Source: an uncultured Actinomycetes bacterium (GTDB lineage Bacteria; Actinomycetota; Acidimicrobiia; Spongiisociales; DATADW01). Taken from it: a stretch of 64,000 nucleotides of DNA. The notes under the pieces are model-generated. The model was not told the origin of the DNA. It worked only from the letters and a program-made list of their open reading frames with translations, and made no database searches. This document shows positions 50,125 through 60,943 of this stretch, piece by piece. The stretch spans positions 157,389 to 221,388 of the forward strand of contig CAVTEU010000013.1 of assembly GCA_963733905.1 (NCBI GenBank). Reading direction: 5' to 3'. Each line of letters starts with the position of its first letter. Position 1 is the first letter of the stretch. The position numbers and the translations under genes were made by a program.

Positions 50125-51249
50125 TCACAGTCCGAGGCGGCCGGCGAGGATCTCGCGGTGATAGACCGGGTCGCCGAACAACAGCTCGGAGCTCTTGGCT
50201 CGCTTGAAGTAGAGATGGGCGTCGTGCTCCCAGGTGAAGCCGATCCCACCGTGGATCTGAATGTTCTCGGCGGCACAGTGGAAGAAGGCTTCGGTGCAGT
50301 ACGACTTGGCCAGAGGAGCCACCACCGCGAGCTCATCCGGGTCCTCTTGGGCGGCCCACCCGGCGTATGCGGATGCCGACTTGGCCGACTCCACCTCGAG
50401 CAGCATGTCGGCGCACTTGTGTTTGATCGCCTGAAAAGACCCGATGGGACGGCCGAACTGGACCCGGGTCTTGGCGTACTCCACCGACATCTCCAGACAG
50501 CGCTCAGCACCGCCCACCGCCTCGGCGGCCAGCGCCACCGAAGCCAGGTCGAGGACTCGAGTGAGGATCGGCCACCCACCGCCCTCCACACCGAGCAGGG
50601 CATCACCGGGGAGCCTCAGCGAGTCGAATGTGACCTCGGCCAGTTTGCGGGTGGTGTCCATCGTGTCGAGCGCCCGGCGGGCGGCATCCTCACCGGACAC
50701 CACGAACAGGCTGATGCCGCCCGGACCCGGCGAGGTTCGCGCTGCGACGATCAGTGTCTCGGCGGTGTGCCCATCGACCACGAACGACTTGGTCCCCTCA
50801 AGCACCCAATCCCCCGAATCGGGCAGGGCCTCGAGTTCGATTCCCTGGTCATCCCAGCGGCCCGCCTGCTCGGTGATTGCCAACGCCACACGGTGCTCGC
50901 CAGATGCGATCCCGGGTAACAGCTTCTCCTTGTGTTCCTCATCACTCGACTCGAGCAGCGTGTATGCCCCCAAAATCACGGACGAGAAGAAGGGGGACGG
51001 GTACAGCGCCCTCCCCATCTCCTGGAGAAGCACGACCAGTTCGATGAAGCCGAAACCGGCCCCGCCGTACCGCTCTGGGATGGCCATCGCCTGCCAGCCC
51101 ATGGCGGCATTTTCGTCCCACAGCGACCGATCAAAGCCTTCGTCGCTCTCCATGATCCGTCGGACGACGGCGGAAGGCGCCTTCTGTTCGAGGAAGCGGC
51201 GCGCCGTGGCCCGCAACTCCTCTTGCTCCTCGCTGAAGGCGAAGTTCAT
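50125..51249 (-). CDS. acyl-CoA dehydrogenase
   Basis: 374-aa intact ORF with typical ACAD N-terminal, middle and C-terminal layout (...YAKTRVQFGRPIGSFQAIKH...IHGGIGFTWEHD...). Confidence 0.9.
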   Translation of the reverse strand: MNFAFSEEQEELRATARRFLEQKAPSAVVRRIMESDEGFDRSLWDENAAMGWQAMAIPERYGGAGFGFIELVVLLQEMGRALYPSPFFSSVILGAYTLLESSDEEHKEKLLPGIASGEHRVALAITEQAGRWDDQGIELEALPDSGDWVLEGTKSFVVDGHTAETLIVAARTSPGPGGISLFVVSGEDAARRALDTMDTTRKLAEVTFDSLRLPGDALLGVEGGGWPILTRVLDLASVALAAEAVGGAERCLEMSVEYAKTRVQFGRPIGSFQAIKHKCADMLLEVESAKSASAYAGWAAQEDPDELAVVAPLAKSYCTEAFFHCAAENIQIHGGIGFTWEHDAHLYFKRAKSSELLFGDPVYHREILAGRLGL

Positions 51250-51347
51250 CGCCGGGTGGGCATCCTCACGGGCGCCGGGATGCTAGGCGACCCGCTGGCT
51301 TCGAACCCGAGTGCACAATGTCCGGCAGATGGCGAGGAGGAGGCACC

Positions 51348-51737
51348 ATGGACTGGAAGCTCGAGGTCGTCCCCGTTCCGGTGGAAGACATCGATAGGGC
51401 ACTGGCCTTCTACCGGGACCGGTTCGGGTTTGCCGTCGACCTCGACGACCAGGTGTCCGACGAGGTGCGGTTGGTGCAACTCACCCCGCCGGGATCGGGG
51501 TGCTCCATCCACCTCGACACGACCGAGATGCCCCCAGGCTCGCTGCGCGGGCTACAGATCGTTGTGGACGACATCACCGCCGCCCGCGCCGACCTCGTCG
51601 AACGCGGCGTGGAGGTCAGCCCGATCCGCCATTTCGACGCCGGCAATTGGGTCGATGGACCGGGAGGCCGCTGGAACTCTTTTGTCTTTCTCAGCGATCC
51701 AGATGGCAACACCTGGGTGCTTCAAGAACGCGGGTAA
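51348..51737 (+). CDS. glyoxalase/bleomycin-resistance/dioxygenase (VOC) family protein
   Basis: MDWKLEVVPVPVEDIDRALAFYRDRFGF...FLSDPDGNTWVLQE. Confidence 0.75.
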   Translation: MDWKLEVVPVPVEDIDRALAFYRDRFGFAVDLDDQVSDEVRLVQLTPPGSGCSIHLDTTEMPPGSLRGLQIVVDDITAARADLVERGVEVSPIRHFDAGNWVDGPGGRWNSFVFLSDPDGNTWVLQERG

Positions 51738-51755
51738 TGCGTAGTGGGATTCCGA

Positions 51756-51779
51756 CTAAGTACTAAGTACTCAGTACTC
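51756..51779. repeat. AT-rich heptamer repeat with AGTACT palindromes between convergent genes
   Basis: ctaagta ctaagta ctcagta ctc. Can form an imperfect hairpin, so it is a likely bidirectional terminator. Confidence 0.6.
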
Positions 51780-51783
51780 GGTC

Positions 51784-53598
51784 TCAGAAAGCCGCTTCGT
51801 CGAGCACCATCAATGCACCGTCCTCGGCCTCGGCGTCGAGGCGACGGGCGGTGACTTGGGGTGCGCTGTGGCGGACGAACCACCTGGCTGCGGCGAGCTT
51901 GCCTTCGTAAAAGGGTCGCTCATCGGTGGTCGCCAGCGCGGCGATCGCCACTTCGGCGTGTCGGAGCAATTGCCAGGAGATCACCAATTCGGCAAGCGAG
52001 TCGAGCAACCCGTTGGTGTGCAGACCCACCGAGTAGATCCTCTCGGGATCGCCGCCCAGCGACGCCATGAGGTGGTCCACCATGGCACCGAGGTGCGCCT
52101 CGACGTCGTCGAGCATCCTCACCAGTCGGTCGCGATCCGCGGTCAAATCGTCGTCATGTCCACCCTTGCCGAACACCCTGATCTCGCCGAGCAGTTCCTG
52201 GATGGCGCGTCCCTGGTCGCGGGCGATCTTGCGGAAGAAGAGATCGAGAGCCTGGATCCCCGTGGTGCCCTCGTAGACCGTGTCGATCTTGGAGTCGCGA
52301 ATGTACTGCTCGAGCGGGTAGTCCTGGGTGTAGCCCGAGCCGCCAAGAACCTGGAGAGACTGGGACAAGACCTCATACGCCTTCTCGGAGGCGTACCCCT
52401 TCACCAGCGGAAGCATCAGGTCTCCACGCGCCGCCATCGCCAGGTCGTATGGCGCCGTTTCGGCGCACCCTTGCACAGTGGCGGCGTACAACACCAGGGC
52501 GCGCAGTCCTTCGGCTGTCGCCTTCTGCTCCATGAGCATGCGGCGCACGTCGGGGTGCCTGATGATGGGTACCCGCGGCGCCGACTTATCGCCGGCTTCG
52601 GCCAGGTCGGCGCCCTGGACCCGCTCGGTTGCATAGGCGAGGGCGTTGAGATACCCGGTGGAAATGGTGGCCGCCGACTTGGTCCCGATCGTCATCCGGG
52701 CGTGCTCGACCACACGGAACATCTGTCTGATCCCATCATGGACCCCGCCGACCAGGTAACCGACACAGGGAGCTCCGGCGCCGAGGGTGAGCTCACAGGT
52801 TGTCGACCCTTTGAGACCCATCTTGTGCTCGACCCGGGTAGCGAAGATCCCGTTGCGCTCCCCGAGCGAACCGTCCGGTTCGATGAGCCATTTGGGGACC
52901 ATGAAGAGCGACAGACCCTTGGTCCCGGGACCGGCCCCCACCGGGCGAGCGAGCACCAGGTGGACGATGTTCTCCGCCCCGTCGTGTTCGCCGCCGGTGA
53001 TGAATCGCTTCACCCCCTCCAGATGCCACATGTCGCCCCCGACGTGGGTGGCGCGTGTGGTCCCGGCACCGACGTCGGAGCCGGCATCGGGCTCGGTGAG
53101 GACCATGCTCCCCGCCCAGCCCCGCTCGATCATGAGCGCCGCGACCCGGCGCTGCTCGGGGGTGCCTTCGTCGTGGAGAAGCCGGGCGGACAGTGGTCCG
53201 GAGGAGTAGAAGACAGCCGTGGGATTGGCGCCGAGCAGGAGCTCCTGGGTCGCCCAGAAGACGGCACGCGGCACCCGGATTCCGCCGAGTTCCTCGGGGA
53301 GCCCGAAACGGTCCCAACCGCCATCGCGCAACGCCGCCAGGCTGCTCTTCATCTCGTCGGGAAGGACGACCTCCCCGCCATCCAGGACCAGATCGATGCG
53401 ATCGGCGACTTCGAAGCTGGCGGCCCACTCGTTCCGAGCCAGTCGCTCGATCTCGGCCAAGGCGGCACGCAAAGTGGCCTCGTCGAGATCGGTGAAGGGG
53501 GGCCGGTCAAGCTGATCTTGGATCCGGTGCACTTCAAAGAGGTTGAACTCGATGTCGCGAAGGTTCGACCGGTAGTGCCCCATCTGCTCCGTCTCCAT
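51784..53598 (-). CDS. large acyl-CoA dehydrogenase (FadE/extended C-terminal type)
   Basis: 604-aa intact ORF: ...GWAGSMVLTEPDAGSDVG...KRFITGGEHD...TIGTKSAATISTGY...QVLGGSGYTQDYPLEQYIRDSKIDTVYEGTTGIQ. Confidence 0.9.
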   Translation of the reverse strand: METEQMGHYRSNLRDIEFNLFEVHRIQDQLDRPPFTDLDEATLRAALAEIERLARNEWAASFEVADRIDLVLDGGEVVLPDEMKSSLAALRDGGWDRFGLPEELGGIRVPRAVFWATQELLLGANPTAVFYSSGPLSARLLHDEGTPEQRRVAALMIERGWAGSMVLTEPDAGSDVGAGTTRATHVGGDMWHLEGVKRFITGGEHDGAENIVHLVLARPVGAGPGTKGLSLFMVPKWLIEPDGSLGERNGIFATRVEHKMGLKGSTTCELTLGAGAPCVGYLVGGVHDGIRQMFRVVEHARMTIGTKSAATISTGYLNALAYATERVQGADLAEAGDKSAPRVPIIRHPDVRRMLMEQKATAEGLRALVLYAATVQGCAETAPYDLAMAARGDLMLPLVKGYASEKAYEVLSQSLQVLGGSGYTQDYPLEQYIRDSKIDTVYEGTTGIQALDLFFRKIARDQGRAIQELLGEIRVFGKGGHDDDLTADRDRLVRMLDDVEAHLGAMVDHLMASLGGDPERIYSVGLHTNGLLDSLAELVISWQLLRHAEVAIAALATTDERPFYEGKLAAARWFVRHSAPQVTARRLDAEAEDGALMVLDEAAF

Positions 53599-53610
53599 GA
53601 CCCTGGAAGC

Positions 53611-53645
53611 TTGAGTATAGCGTCAAAGTTTGAGCGTCCACTCAA
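53611..53645. promoter_or_regulatory. long imperfect palindrome upstream of the large ACAD gene (possible operator or 5'-UTR hairpin)
   Basis: TTGAGTATAGCGTCAAA-G-TTTGAGCGTCCACTCAA. The outer TTGAGT/ACTCAA arms are perfect. Begins 13 nt upstream of the start codon. Confidence 0.3.
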
Positions 53646-53663
53646 GGATGGGCGGTGGGAGCC

Positions 53664-53717
53664 GGAGCTGCCTCTTTCGCAACGAGGGGGTCACGGGTTC
53701 AAATCCCGTCAGCTCCA
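53664..53717 (+). ncRNA. 54-nt tRNA-like element lacking a D-arm (acceptor stem, anticodon-like arm, T-arm); possibly a deletion derivative of a tRNA or a tmRNA tRNA-like domain
   Basis: GGAGCTG|CCTCT|TTCGCAA|CGAGG|GGGTC|ACGGG|TTCAAAT|CCCGT|CAGCTCC|A. The acceptor stem is a perfect 7 bp and the T-arm a perfect 5 bp with a canonical TTCAAAT loop. The anticodon-like loop has CGC in the centre. No CCA is encoded. Confidence 0.45.
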
Positions 53718-54073
53718 CTGATGTCAGCCTGTACTAGTTGACAAATTGCTCGAGCCTGATTCAGGTCCGACGAGAGTTCTCAGTCATACGCGCCACACCG
53801 CCGCTCCACAGGCGTGCCACAGGATCGGGTCCGAAGCACCTCTCACCCAGCGAGGTGCTCACGGATCTGTCCCGCAATCCCATGATGTCAACGCTTCGCC
53901 AATCCGGTCGCTGTCTACGGAGGCGACCGGGAGGGTTCGGAAAGCTCGTAGGTCGATTCTCCTCGGCTGAGGCTCCAAATAGCGCGGCCGTAGCCTCTGG
54001 CTGGTCCCCTTCACCGGCTGGCTGTTTCCGTCGCTGCTGCTCCCCATCGGTCTTGGGGCTTTGATCCTCGGTT

Positions 54074-56442
54074 TCAGGGAAACGGAGTCACCTCCGTCGT
54101 CCCATCGAACCGCTTGACCACGGGGCCGCTCGGATCCGCCACCACGGTGATCGTGCCTGCGGTTGCGAGGTCGGTCGACGATGTCCCGATCAGCACCTCG
54201 ATCGATCCGGGCTCGACCACATATTCCAGGTCACGATCGTAGAACCCGAGCTGGCCGACCGGCACCTGGAAGTTCACACGGCACGACGCCCCGGCGGGCA
54301 GATGAACCCGGGCGAAGCTCTTCAGCTCCAGCACGGGACGGGTCAAGCTGGCCGACGGGTCTCTGACATATAGCTGGAGGACCTCGTCGCCTTCGCGCTT
54401 GCCTGTGTTGGCGATCGTCGACGCCGCGGTGATCACCCCATTCCACGAGACCTCGTCGGTGCTCAGCTCGAGGTCTGACACCTCGAACCTGGTGTAGCCA
54501 AGACCGTGCCCGAACGGGTAGAGCGGCGTGGCCTCGCCGTCGACATAGTCACCCTTCCAATGCGATCGTCCTCCGGAGATCTTGTGCCCGTAGTAGACGG
54601 GGATCTGCCCTGCCGACCGCGGATGCGAGATGGGCAGCTTCCCGCCTGGGCTCACCACTCCGCTGAGCACATCGGTGATGGCGTCGGCTCCCTCCTCGCC
54701 CGGTAGCCAGGCCTGGACGACCGCGGCGCTGTGCTCATGGGCCCATTGGCTCCCGCAGGGTCGGCCGGTCACCAGGACGAGCACGACCGGGGTCCCGGTG
54801 TCGATGACCGCCCGGACCAGATCTTCCTGGACGCCGGGAAGATCGAGCGAGAGACGGTCGCGGCCCTCGCCGGAGGTGCAGTCGCTGGTCAGGCCCGCCT
54901 TGTCTCCCATGACCATCACGGCCAGGGCTGCCTCTCGGGCCAGGGCGACCGCCTCCTCGAACCCGTCACGCGACTGACTGTCGACGTCACAGCCCCGGGC
55001 GTAGCCGACGCTGTCGCCCAGACGTTCGCGGAGGGCATCGAAGACGGTGCGTGCTTGTTTCATGGAGCCTTCGAGGCTCACCACGCCGGAGAACGGCACC
55101 CCGAATACGTTGTCGCCCGATTGCATGTCGACCAGTGCTTCGATGTGGGCCGGGTAGGTGTAGTCACCGAAGAGATTCCGAGCGTCGTGAGCGTTGGGCC
55201 CGATTACGGCGATCGAGCCGGCTCCAGGGGTAATGGGGAGTATGCCGTCGTTGGCCAGGAGAACCATGCTCTTCACGGCGATCCGCCGCGCCAGCTCGGC
55301 CTCTGACAATGCCTCGATCTCGGTCGAGACGGCGTCGGCATCTACGAAGGGCTTTTCGAAGAGGCCCAGTTCGAACTTCGACAGCAGAACTCTCCTCACC
55401 GCAGTATCGACGACACCGGGATCGATCGTCCCGGCCTTCACGCCTTCGATAAGTGGGGTCCCGTAGCAGTCGGTCCCGGGGAGCTCGACATCGATCCCGG
55501 CGGTGAGCGCGGTCCCCGCCGCGTCCGTGGCGTCTCGAGCCACGTGGTGATAGCTGGCCAGTTGCCTGACGGCGAAGTAGTCGGACACCACGGTGCCTTC
55601 GAATCCCCAATGCTCCCTGAGAAGCACTGTGAGCAGATCGCGGTCCGCGCCGCAAGGTATCCCGTCGAGCTCGTGATATGCGTTCATCACCGACCATGCC
55701 CCAGCGGCCACGACCGCTTCGAATGGATGGAGGTAGACCTCCCTCAGTTCCCGGGGGGGAGATGGGGAGGGGCCCAGTTCAATCCTCCCTCGGAGGCGCC
55801 ATACCCGACGAAGTGCTTGGCGGTCGCCACCACGCCCTCGGTAAGATCGGCCCCTGCAGCCCCTCGACAAAGGCGATTCCCATCCTGGCGACGAGGTAGG
55901 GATCCTCTCCGAAGGTCTCCTCGATCCGGCCCCAGCGCGGGTCTCTTGCGACGTCGAGGACCGGAGACAGCCCGTGGTGGGCGCCCATGGCGCGCATCTG
56001 CCGCCGAACCGCGGTCGGCCATCGCCCGGGCGAGATCCGGATCCCAGGTGGCGGCGACACCGATCGCCTGGGGGTAGACGACGGCGTGGCGCGACATCAG
56101 CCCCGAGCAGATCTCCTCGTGGACGATGGCCGGGATGCCGAGTCGGGTCTCATCGAGGAGGAAGCGCTGGATCTCGTTTGCAAGTCTGGCCGCATCCTCC
56201 GCACCGAGGTCGCTGGCCCCGGAGATCCTCGTCACGTGGCCGAGACCCTCACCGAGCAGGTCCCGCGCCTTGCCGTCAGAGAGCCGTCCATCCTCGGTCA
56301 GCTGGAAGACCCAGGCGCTCCCCAATTGTGCGACCTTCTCCTCGAGGGTCATCATCTCGAGCAGATCCTCGACCCGCTCGCCCACCAAGAGGCCGGGATC
56401 GCGGTAGGCCGGTTGCTGGCCGTCGACGGTGACCGCGGTCAT
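54074..56442 (-). CDS. glycoside hydrolase family 3 beta-glucosidase (BglX-like), at least 3 frame changes (~56020, ~55860, ~55770)
   Basis: LEEKVAQLGS..., RDPRWGRIEETFGEDPYL, KHFVGYGASEGG, GFEGTVVSDYFA, VMVMGDKAGLTSDCTSGEGRDR, FGHGLGYT. ATGA overlap with the upstream permease stop. Confidence 0.85.
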
Positions 56443-57299
56443 CCCTTCACTCCTCCTGCCGTGAGCCCACTCACGATCTGACGCTGGGCGATGAAGTAGA
56501 AGATCAAGGCCGGGATCATGGCCAGCGTTGTGTAGGCCAGGATCATCGCGGTGTCGGTCACGTACTGAGCCGAGATGTTGTTGATGCCGAGCGGCAGAGT
56601 CCATTGCTCGGGTTGTATCAACACCAGCAATGGGAGCAGGAAGGCGTTCCAGCTTCCCACCACGGTGAGCACCGCGATCGTGCTCAACACCGGGCGGGAC
56701 AAGGGGAGCATGACCGACCAGTAGAAGCGCAGCGGGCCACAGCCGTCGATGGCGGCCGCGTCTTCGAGGTCACGGGGGATGCTGCGGAAAAACGGGCGAA
56801 GGATCACGATCGAGAGCGGGAGCCCAAATGCCGCCTGGGGGAGGGCGATACCGAGAGGGCTGTTCAGCAGCCCTGTCTGTCGGAGAGTGATGAACAAGGG
56901 AAGGATGGCCACAGCTACGGGGAACAGCAGGCCCAGTGTGAACAGGGCGAAGAAGAATTCTCGGCCCCGGAAGCGGTATCGGGCGATCACGAATGCTGCC
57001 AGGGACGCAGCGGGGAGGACCAGGGCAGTGGTGATCAGAGCGATCAGAACACTGTTCTTCACCCACCCGTAGAAGCTGGGATCGGTCAGCGCCGTCTGGT
57101 AGTTGCTGAAGATCCAGGGGTCGGGGAGCCCGACCGGGTCGGCGGCGAGTTGGGCGTTGCTCCGAAATCCGCCGATGATCGAGAAGCTCAGCGGCACGAC
57201 GATCACCAGCAGGACGACGACTGCGATCACGATAGAGAAGCCCGCGGCCGAAGTCGAACTTTCGGAGCGGGTTGCTGGTGGGGCTGTGGTCGCAGTCAT
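56439..57299 (-). CDS. carbohydrate ABC transporter permease (MalG-like)
   Basis: 286-aa intact multi-TM ORF with an EAA-loop-like DLEDAAAIDGCGPLRFYWSVMLP. Confidence 0.85.
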   Translation of the reverse strand: MTATTAPPATRSESSTSAAGFSIVIAVVVLLVIVVPLSFSIIGGFRSNAQLAADPVGLPDPWIFSNYQTALTDPSFYGWVKNSVLIALITTALVLPAASLAAFVIARYRFRGREFFFALFTLGLLFPVAVAILPLFITLRQTGLLNSPLGIALPQAAFGLPLSIVILRPFFRSIPRDLEDAAAIDGCGPLRFYWSVMLPLSRPVLSTIAVLTVVGSWNAFLLPLLVLIQPEQWTLPLGINNISAQYVTDTAMILAYTTLAMIPALIFYFIAQRQIVSGLTAGGVKG

Positions 57300-58244
57300 G
57301 CGGTGAGGGCGCCCTCAAGGTCACGCCGGAGCACGAATCGTTGATAGAGGAGGGCCACGATCAGGGAGAGCCCGAAGACGATCACGGAAACGGCGCTGGC
57401 GTAGCCGAATTGGGCTCGTGCGGAAGCCCCAGTCGACGAGATAGGTGGCCATGGTGGCGGTGGCGTTGACCGGTCCACCTTTGGTGGTGACCCAGACCAG
57501 ATCGAATAGCTGCAGGGCGCCGATGATGGAGAGGAACATCGAGACCCGGATAGTGGGCCCGAGCAGCGGGAGGGTCACAAATCGGAAGCCTTTCCAGAAG
57601 GAGGCGCCGTCGATGGCTGCTGCCTCTTCGAGCTCGGTGGGGATGAGCTGGAGACCGGCGAGGATCAGCACCATGTGGAAGCCGAAGTACTTCCAGGAGA
57701 TGACGAAGAACAGGCTGTAGAGGGCGATATTGGGATCGGCCAGCCACTCCCTGGTCACGTCCGCCTGCACCGACTCGAGCCCAGGAGCTGGTCGAAGAGG
57801 CCATCGGGTCGATAGATCTGGCGCCAGACCACCCCGGTGACCACCTCGGAGAGGATGAACGGGGCGAAGTACATCGTCCGAAACACCCCGCGCCCCTTCA
57901 GATTGCGGCTGAGGAGGACGGCGAGGGCGACGGCGAAAGGGATCTGGAGAAGCAGAGAGAGCCCGATGATGATCCCGTTATGGGTGATCGCCTCAATGAA
58001 GAGTGGGTCGGCGAACGCGTCCCTGAAGTTCTGCAAGCCCACCCAATCGGTCAGCGGCTCCAGCCCATTCCAGTCGTACCCGCTGTAGCGGATGCTCTGG
58101 GTGATCGGGTAGAGCACGAAGAGCGTGTAGAGCGCCAGGGCAGGCAACAGGAACGCAAGGATCACCGGCCAGGGAGCGGTCCCTGGCGCGCGTCGACTCG
58201 TTCGGCTCGGCGCGCGTCACTCTGACTGGTGTCTCGCTGGTCAC
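57296..58244 (-). CDS. carbohydrate ABC transporter permease (MalF-like), about 3 frame changes (~58175, ~57775, ~57420)
   Basis: PWPVILAFLLPALALYTLFVLYPI..., ELEEAAAIDGASFWKGFRFVTLP..., FGYASAVSVIVFGLSLIVALLYQRF, spread over four track ORFs. Confidence 0.8.
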
Positions 58245-58316
58245 GATCGGCTTCGATGGGTGGAGGGCCGCCGGACCGGCGGCCCTCCACGACTTTGCTC
58301 ACGATACGACTGGTGG

Positions 58317-59683
58317 CTATCCGGCCGCGGCCGTTATGGCCTGAGTGACCTCCTCCGGTGTGGCCTCCCGGCGAACAGCGTCACGACCGCATCGTTGACT
58401 GCTGCGCCCAGCTCCGGGCTGAAGAACTGGTCCAGATAGAGCTGGACGAACCCAGCATGGCCCAGACCCTCCAGCACCTGCCAGCTGGAGCGGATCGGTG
58501 ACCGAGACCTCCGCGCCCTTGACCACCGGGAGGAAGAAGGCGGTCTCGCCGATCCGGATTGCCTGCTCGACCTCACTGATGTACTCCAGGAACTGGACCG
58601 CCTCAGGTGGGGCATCCTTGCCCACTGCGAAGCCGTCGCCACCGCCAAAACCGTCGGTCACGGCTCACCGGCGCCACCCTCTACGGCCGGGAAGGGGAAC
58701 CACCCGAATTCGGCTGGGAGACGCTCGGCGATGGGATCCTCGGGAGTCCCTATTCCTGACTGGTTGGCATAGCCACCCGGTCCCCACTGGCCCATCAGGC
58801 TGATCGCGGCCTGGCCGGTGCCGATAGTCCCGGACTCTCCGTCGGGAGCGTCCCATGGCGCGGCCAGGAAGCCAGGCTGGAAAGGCTCCATGTCGATCAG
58901 CCGCTGCAATTGATTGCCGGCCTCGACGAACTCGGGCTTGTTGAAGTCGAGATCGGTCGGTGACTTGCGTCCATGGCCGGCTCGCCACCCTCTCGGATCA
59001 TCAGATACGAGTAGTAGAAGTGGGCGGGCCACTTGTCTCCGGCGCCGACCGCGATCGGCGTGATCCCGGCGTCCTTCAGCGCCTGGACATCCTCCAGGAA
59101 CTCATCCCATGTCGCCGGTGGAGCATCGATTCCTGCCTGGGCGAACAGGTCTTTGTTGTACCAGAACCCGACCATTCCCAGGTTGAACGGAATGCCGTAC
59201 TGGACCCCATCCACCTGATACAGGCCGACCGCGCCCTCGTTGATGTTGCCGATGAATCCCGACGAAGCGTCGGTGATGTCCTGAAGCAGACCGGCTTCTA
59301 CCTGTTGCCTGAGGCCACCGCCACCCCAGGACTGGAACAGATCGGGCACGTCCCCGGCCTGGAGATTGGTCTGTAGCGCCGCCTTGAACGCCTCGTTCTC
59401 CATCACTGTGATGTTGATCTGACGTTGGGATTGGCCTCCATGAACTCATCGGCAATTCCTGCCAGAGCGACAACATCGGTTCGGTGTTCTGGATGTGCCA
59501 CCACTCGATGGTGACCTCCTCCGCCGGCGTCTCGGCTGCGGCGGTTGTCGTCGCTGCTTCGGCCGCCGTCGTCTCGGCCACCGCGCCGCCGGTAGTGGTG
59601 GACGCGTCTTCGGCGGTGCCGCCACCCCCGCAGGCGGCCAGGACCAGGGCCAGGATGGCCAGAATCGCCATGGGTCGTCTCAC
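58317..59683 (-). CDS. carbohydrate ABC transporter substrate-binding lipoprotein, about 5 frame changes
   Basis: MRRPMAILAILALVLAAC lipobox; EVTIEWWHIQNTEP; DLFQSWGGGGLRQQVEAGLL; YGIPFNLGMVGFWYNKDLF; GITPIAVGAGDKWPAHFYYSYL. C-terminal fragments lie in three further frames. Confidence 0.8.
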
Positions 59684-59719
59684 CGTTTCACGTGTTCCTC
59701 CTTCGGTCTGCCTCCGCGT

Positions 59720-59733
59720 TGAAAACGTTTTCA
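59720..59733. promoter_or_regulatory. LacI/GalR-type operator, perfect palindrome
   Basis: TGAAAACGTTTTCA matches the TGNAANCGNTTNCA consensus. It lies 37 nt upstream of the SBP start codon at 59683. Confidence 0.7.
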
Positions 59734-59772
59734 GTCAGGGTCTGGTCGTTTCTTCCTCCTCCTCGGATTAGT

Positions 59773-60784
59773 CTAGCGGACAGGGCCCGGCACGACTGCC
59801 GGACCACCAGCTCGGTGGGAAGTGTCAGATGGATCGGGTCCTGGTCGGGCTCGTCGATGAGCTCGAGAGAAGCTGCGTTGCCTCGTAGCCCATCTCCTGG
59901 ATGGATTGGTCGATGGTGGTCAGAGGGGGTCGAGCAGGGCCGACTCGGGGATGTTGTCGAATCCAATGACCGAAAGGTCCTCGGGCACTGAGAGCCCGAG
60001 TGATTGGGCTACCTCGATCGTGGCCAGCGCCGACACGTCGTTGGCGGCGAAGATCGCTGTCGGGGGATCGCTCATCTCGAGCAGCTCATGGGCCGGCCCC
60101 TCTGTGGCCTCCCGGGTGTACTCGCCGACCCGGACCAGGCCGGGCTCGTAGTGGATCCCCGCCCGCTCGAGAGCCTTGCTGATATCCCTGTTCCCGGAGC
60201 CGGGCCGACTCGAGATCGGGTCGGCCGGCGATGAACCCGATCCTGCGATGCCCGAGCCCGATCAGGTAATCGGTCGCCGTCATCGCCCCTTCGAGGTTCT
60301 GGGAGGCAACAGTCGGAAGGGGCGAAGCGCCGGCGTGCGGGTCGACGGCGACCACGGGCGCGGTGTGGGCCACGTCGACAACGGTGGGAGTGACCAGCAG
60401 CGTCCCGTCGGCGAGGGTGCCGTTGAGACGGGATAGATACCGGCGCTCCCAGCCCACCTGGGCGCCGACGTTGCCGTCCCCAGCGTACACGATCAACTCG
60501 TAACCGGTGGAGTGGATGGCACGGGCCGCTCCCTTGAGCAACTCGGCGCTGAACGGCTCGAGATCGGGAACGATGATCCCGACGACGTTGGTGCGATGAC
60601 TGCGCATGCTTCTCGCCACGAGACTCGACTCATAGCCCATGTCGTCGATCACAGCCTGGACCCGGGAGGAGGTGTCGCGGGCGACCCCGTATCGGCCATT
60701 GACCACTCGGGAGACCGTGGCGATCGACACCCCCGCCTCGGCGGCGACGTCACCGATAGTGACCCGGTCCTGCGCTTCTCTCAT
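59773..60784 (-). CDS. LacI family transcriptional regulator, about 3-4 frame changes
   Basis: HTH VTIGDVAAEAGVSIATVSRVVNG; GIIVPDLEPFSAELLKG; then ALERAGIHYEPGLV...AIFAANDVSALATIEVAQSLGLSVPEDLSVIGFDNIP and LPTELVVRQSC in other frames. 3' end uncertain. Confidence 0.8.
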
Positions 60785-60812
60785 GTTCTGGGATCGTTGT
60801 CGAGAACAATAT

Positions 60813-60826
60813 CGAAATCGTTTACA
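60813..60826. promoter_or_regulatory. second LacI-type operator-like site upstream of the lacI-family gene
   Basis: CGAAATCGTTTACA matches 13 of 14 consensus positions. Confidence 0.45.
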
Positions 60827-60908
60827 ACCTAAACACACGCCTGCGCTCCGTGCGTCGCACAACGGGGAGTTTCTTGCGGGGGGGGCTTCCGTCAGTTGAG
60901 AAAATATG

Positions 60909-60927
60909 CCGTACAATTGTCCGTACA
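60909..60927. promoter_or_regulatory. direct CCGTACA repeats / GTACAATTGT near-palindrome upstream of the antitoxin gene (possible autoregulatory operator)
   Basis: CCGTACAattgtCCGTACA lies 17 nt upstream of the ATG at 60944. The AGGAG RBS is at 60934-60938. Confidence 0.35.
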
Positions 60928-60943
60928 TCACCTAGGAGCGTTT

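Noticed and set aside
53350-53720. A full-length tmRNA (ssrA) ending at either CAGCTCCAC(CA) copy; also considered for 61500-61882.
   Set aside because: The ~350 nt upstream of both copies are occupied by well-supported protein-coding genes (the ACAD and TacT). No GGGGCTG-type 5' end or tag-peptide reading frame is visible.
53740-53900. Possible tyrosine-recombinase C-terminal remnant (minus-strand reading ...DIMGLRDRSVSTSLGERCF, vaguely like LGHxSxxTTxxY).
   Set aside because: The similarity is too weak, too short and interrupted by stops, so I cannot support an integrase call without a profile search.
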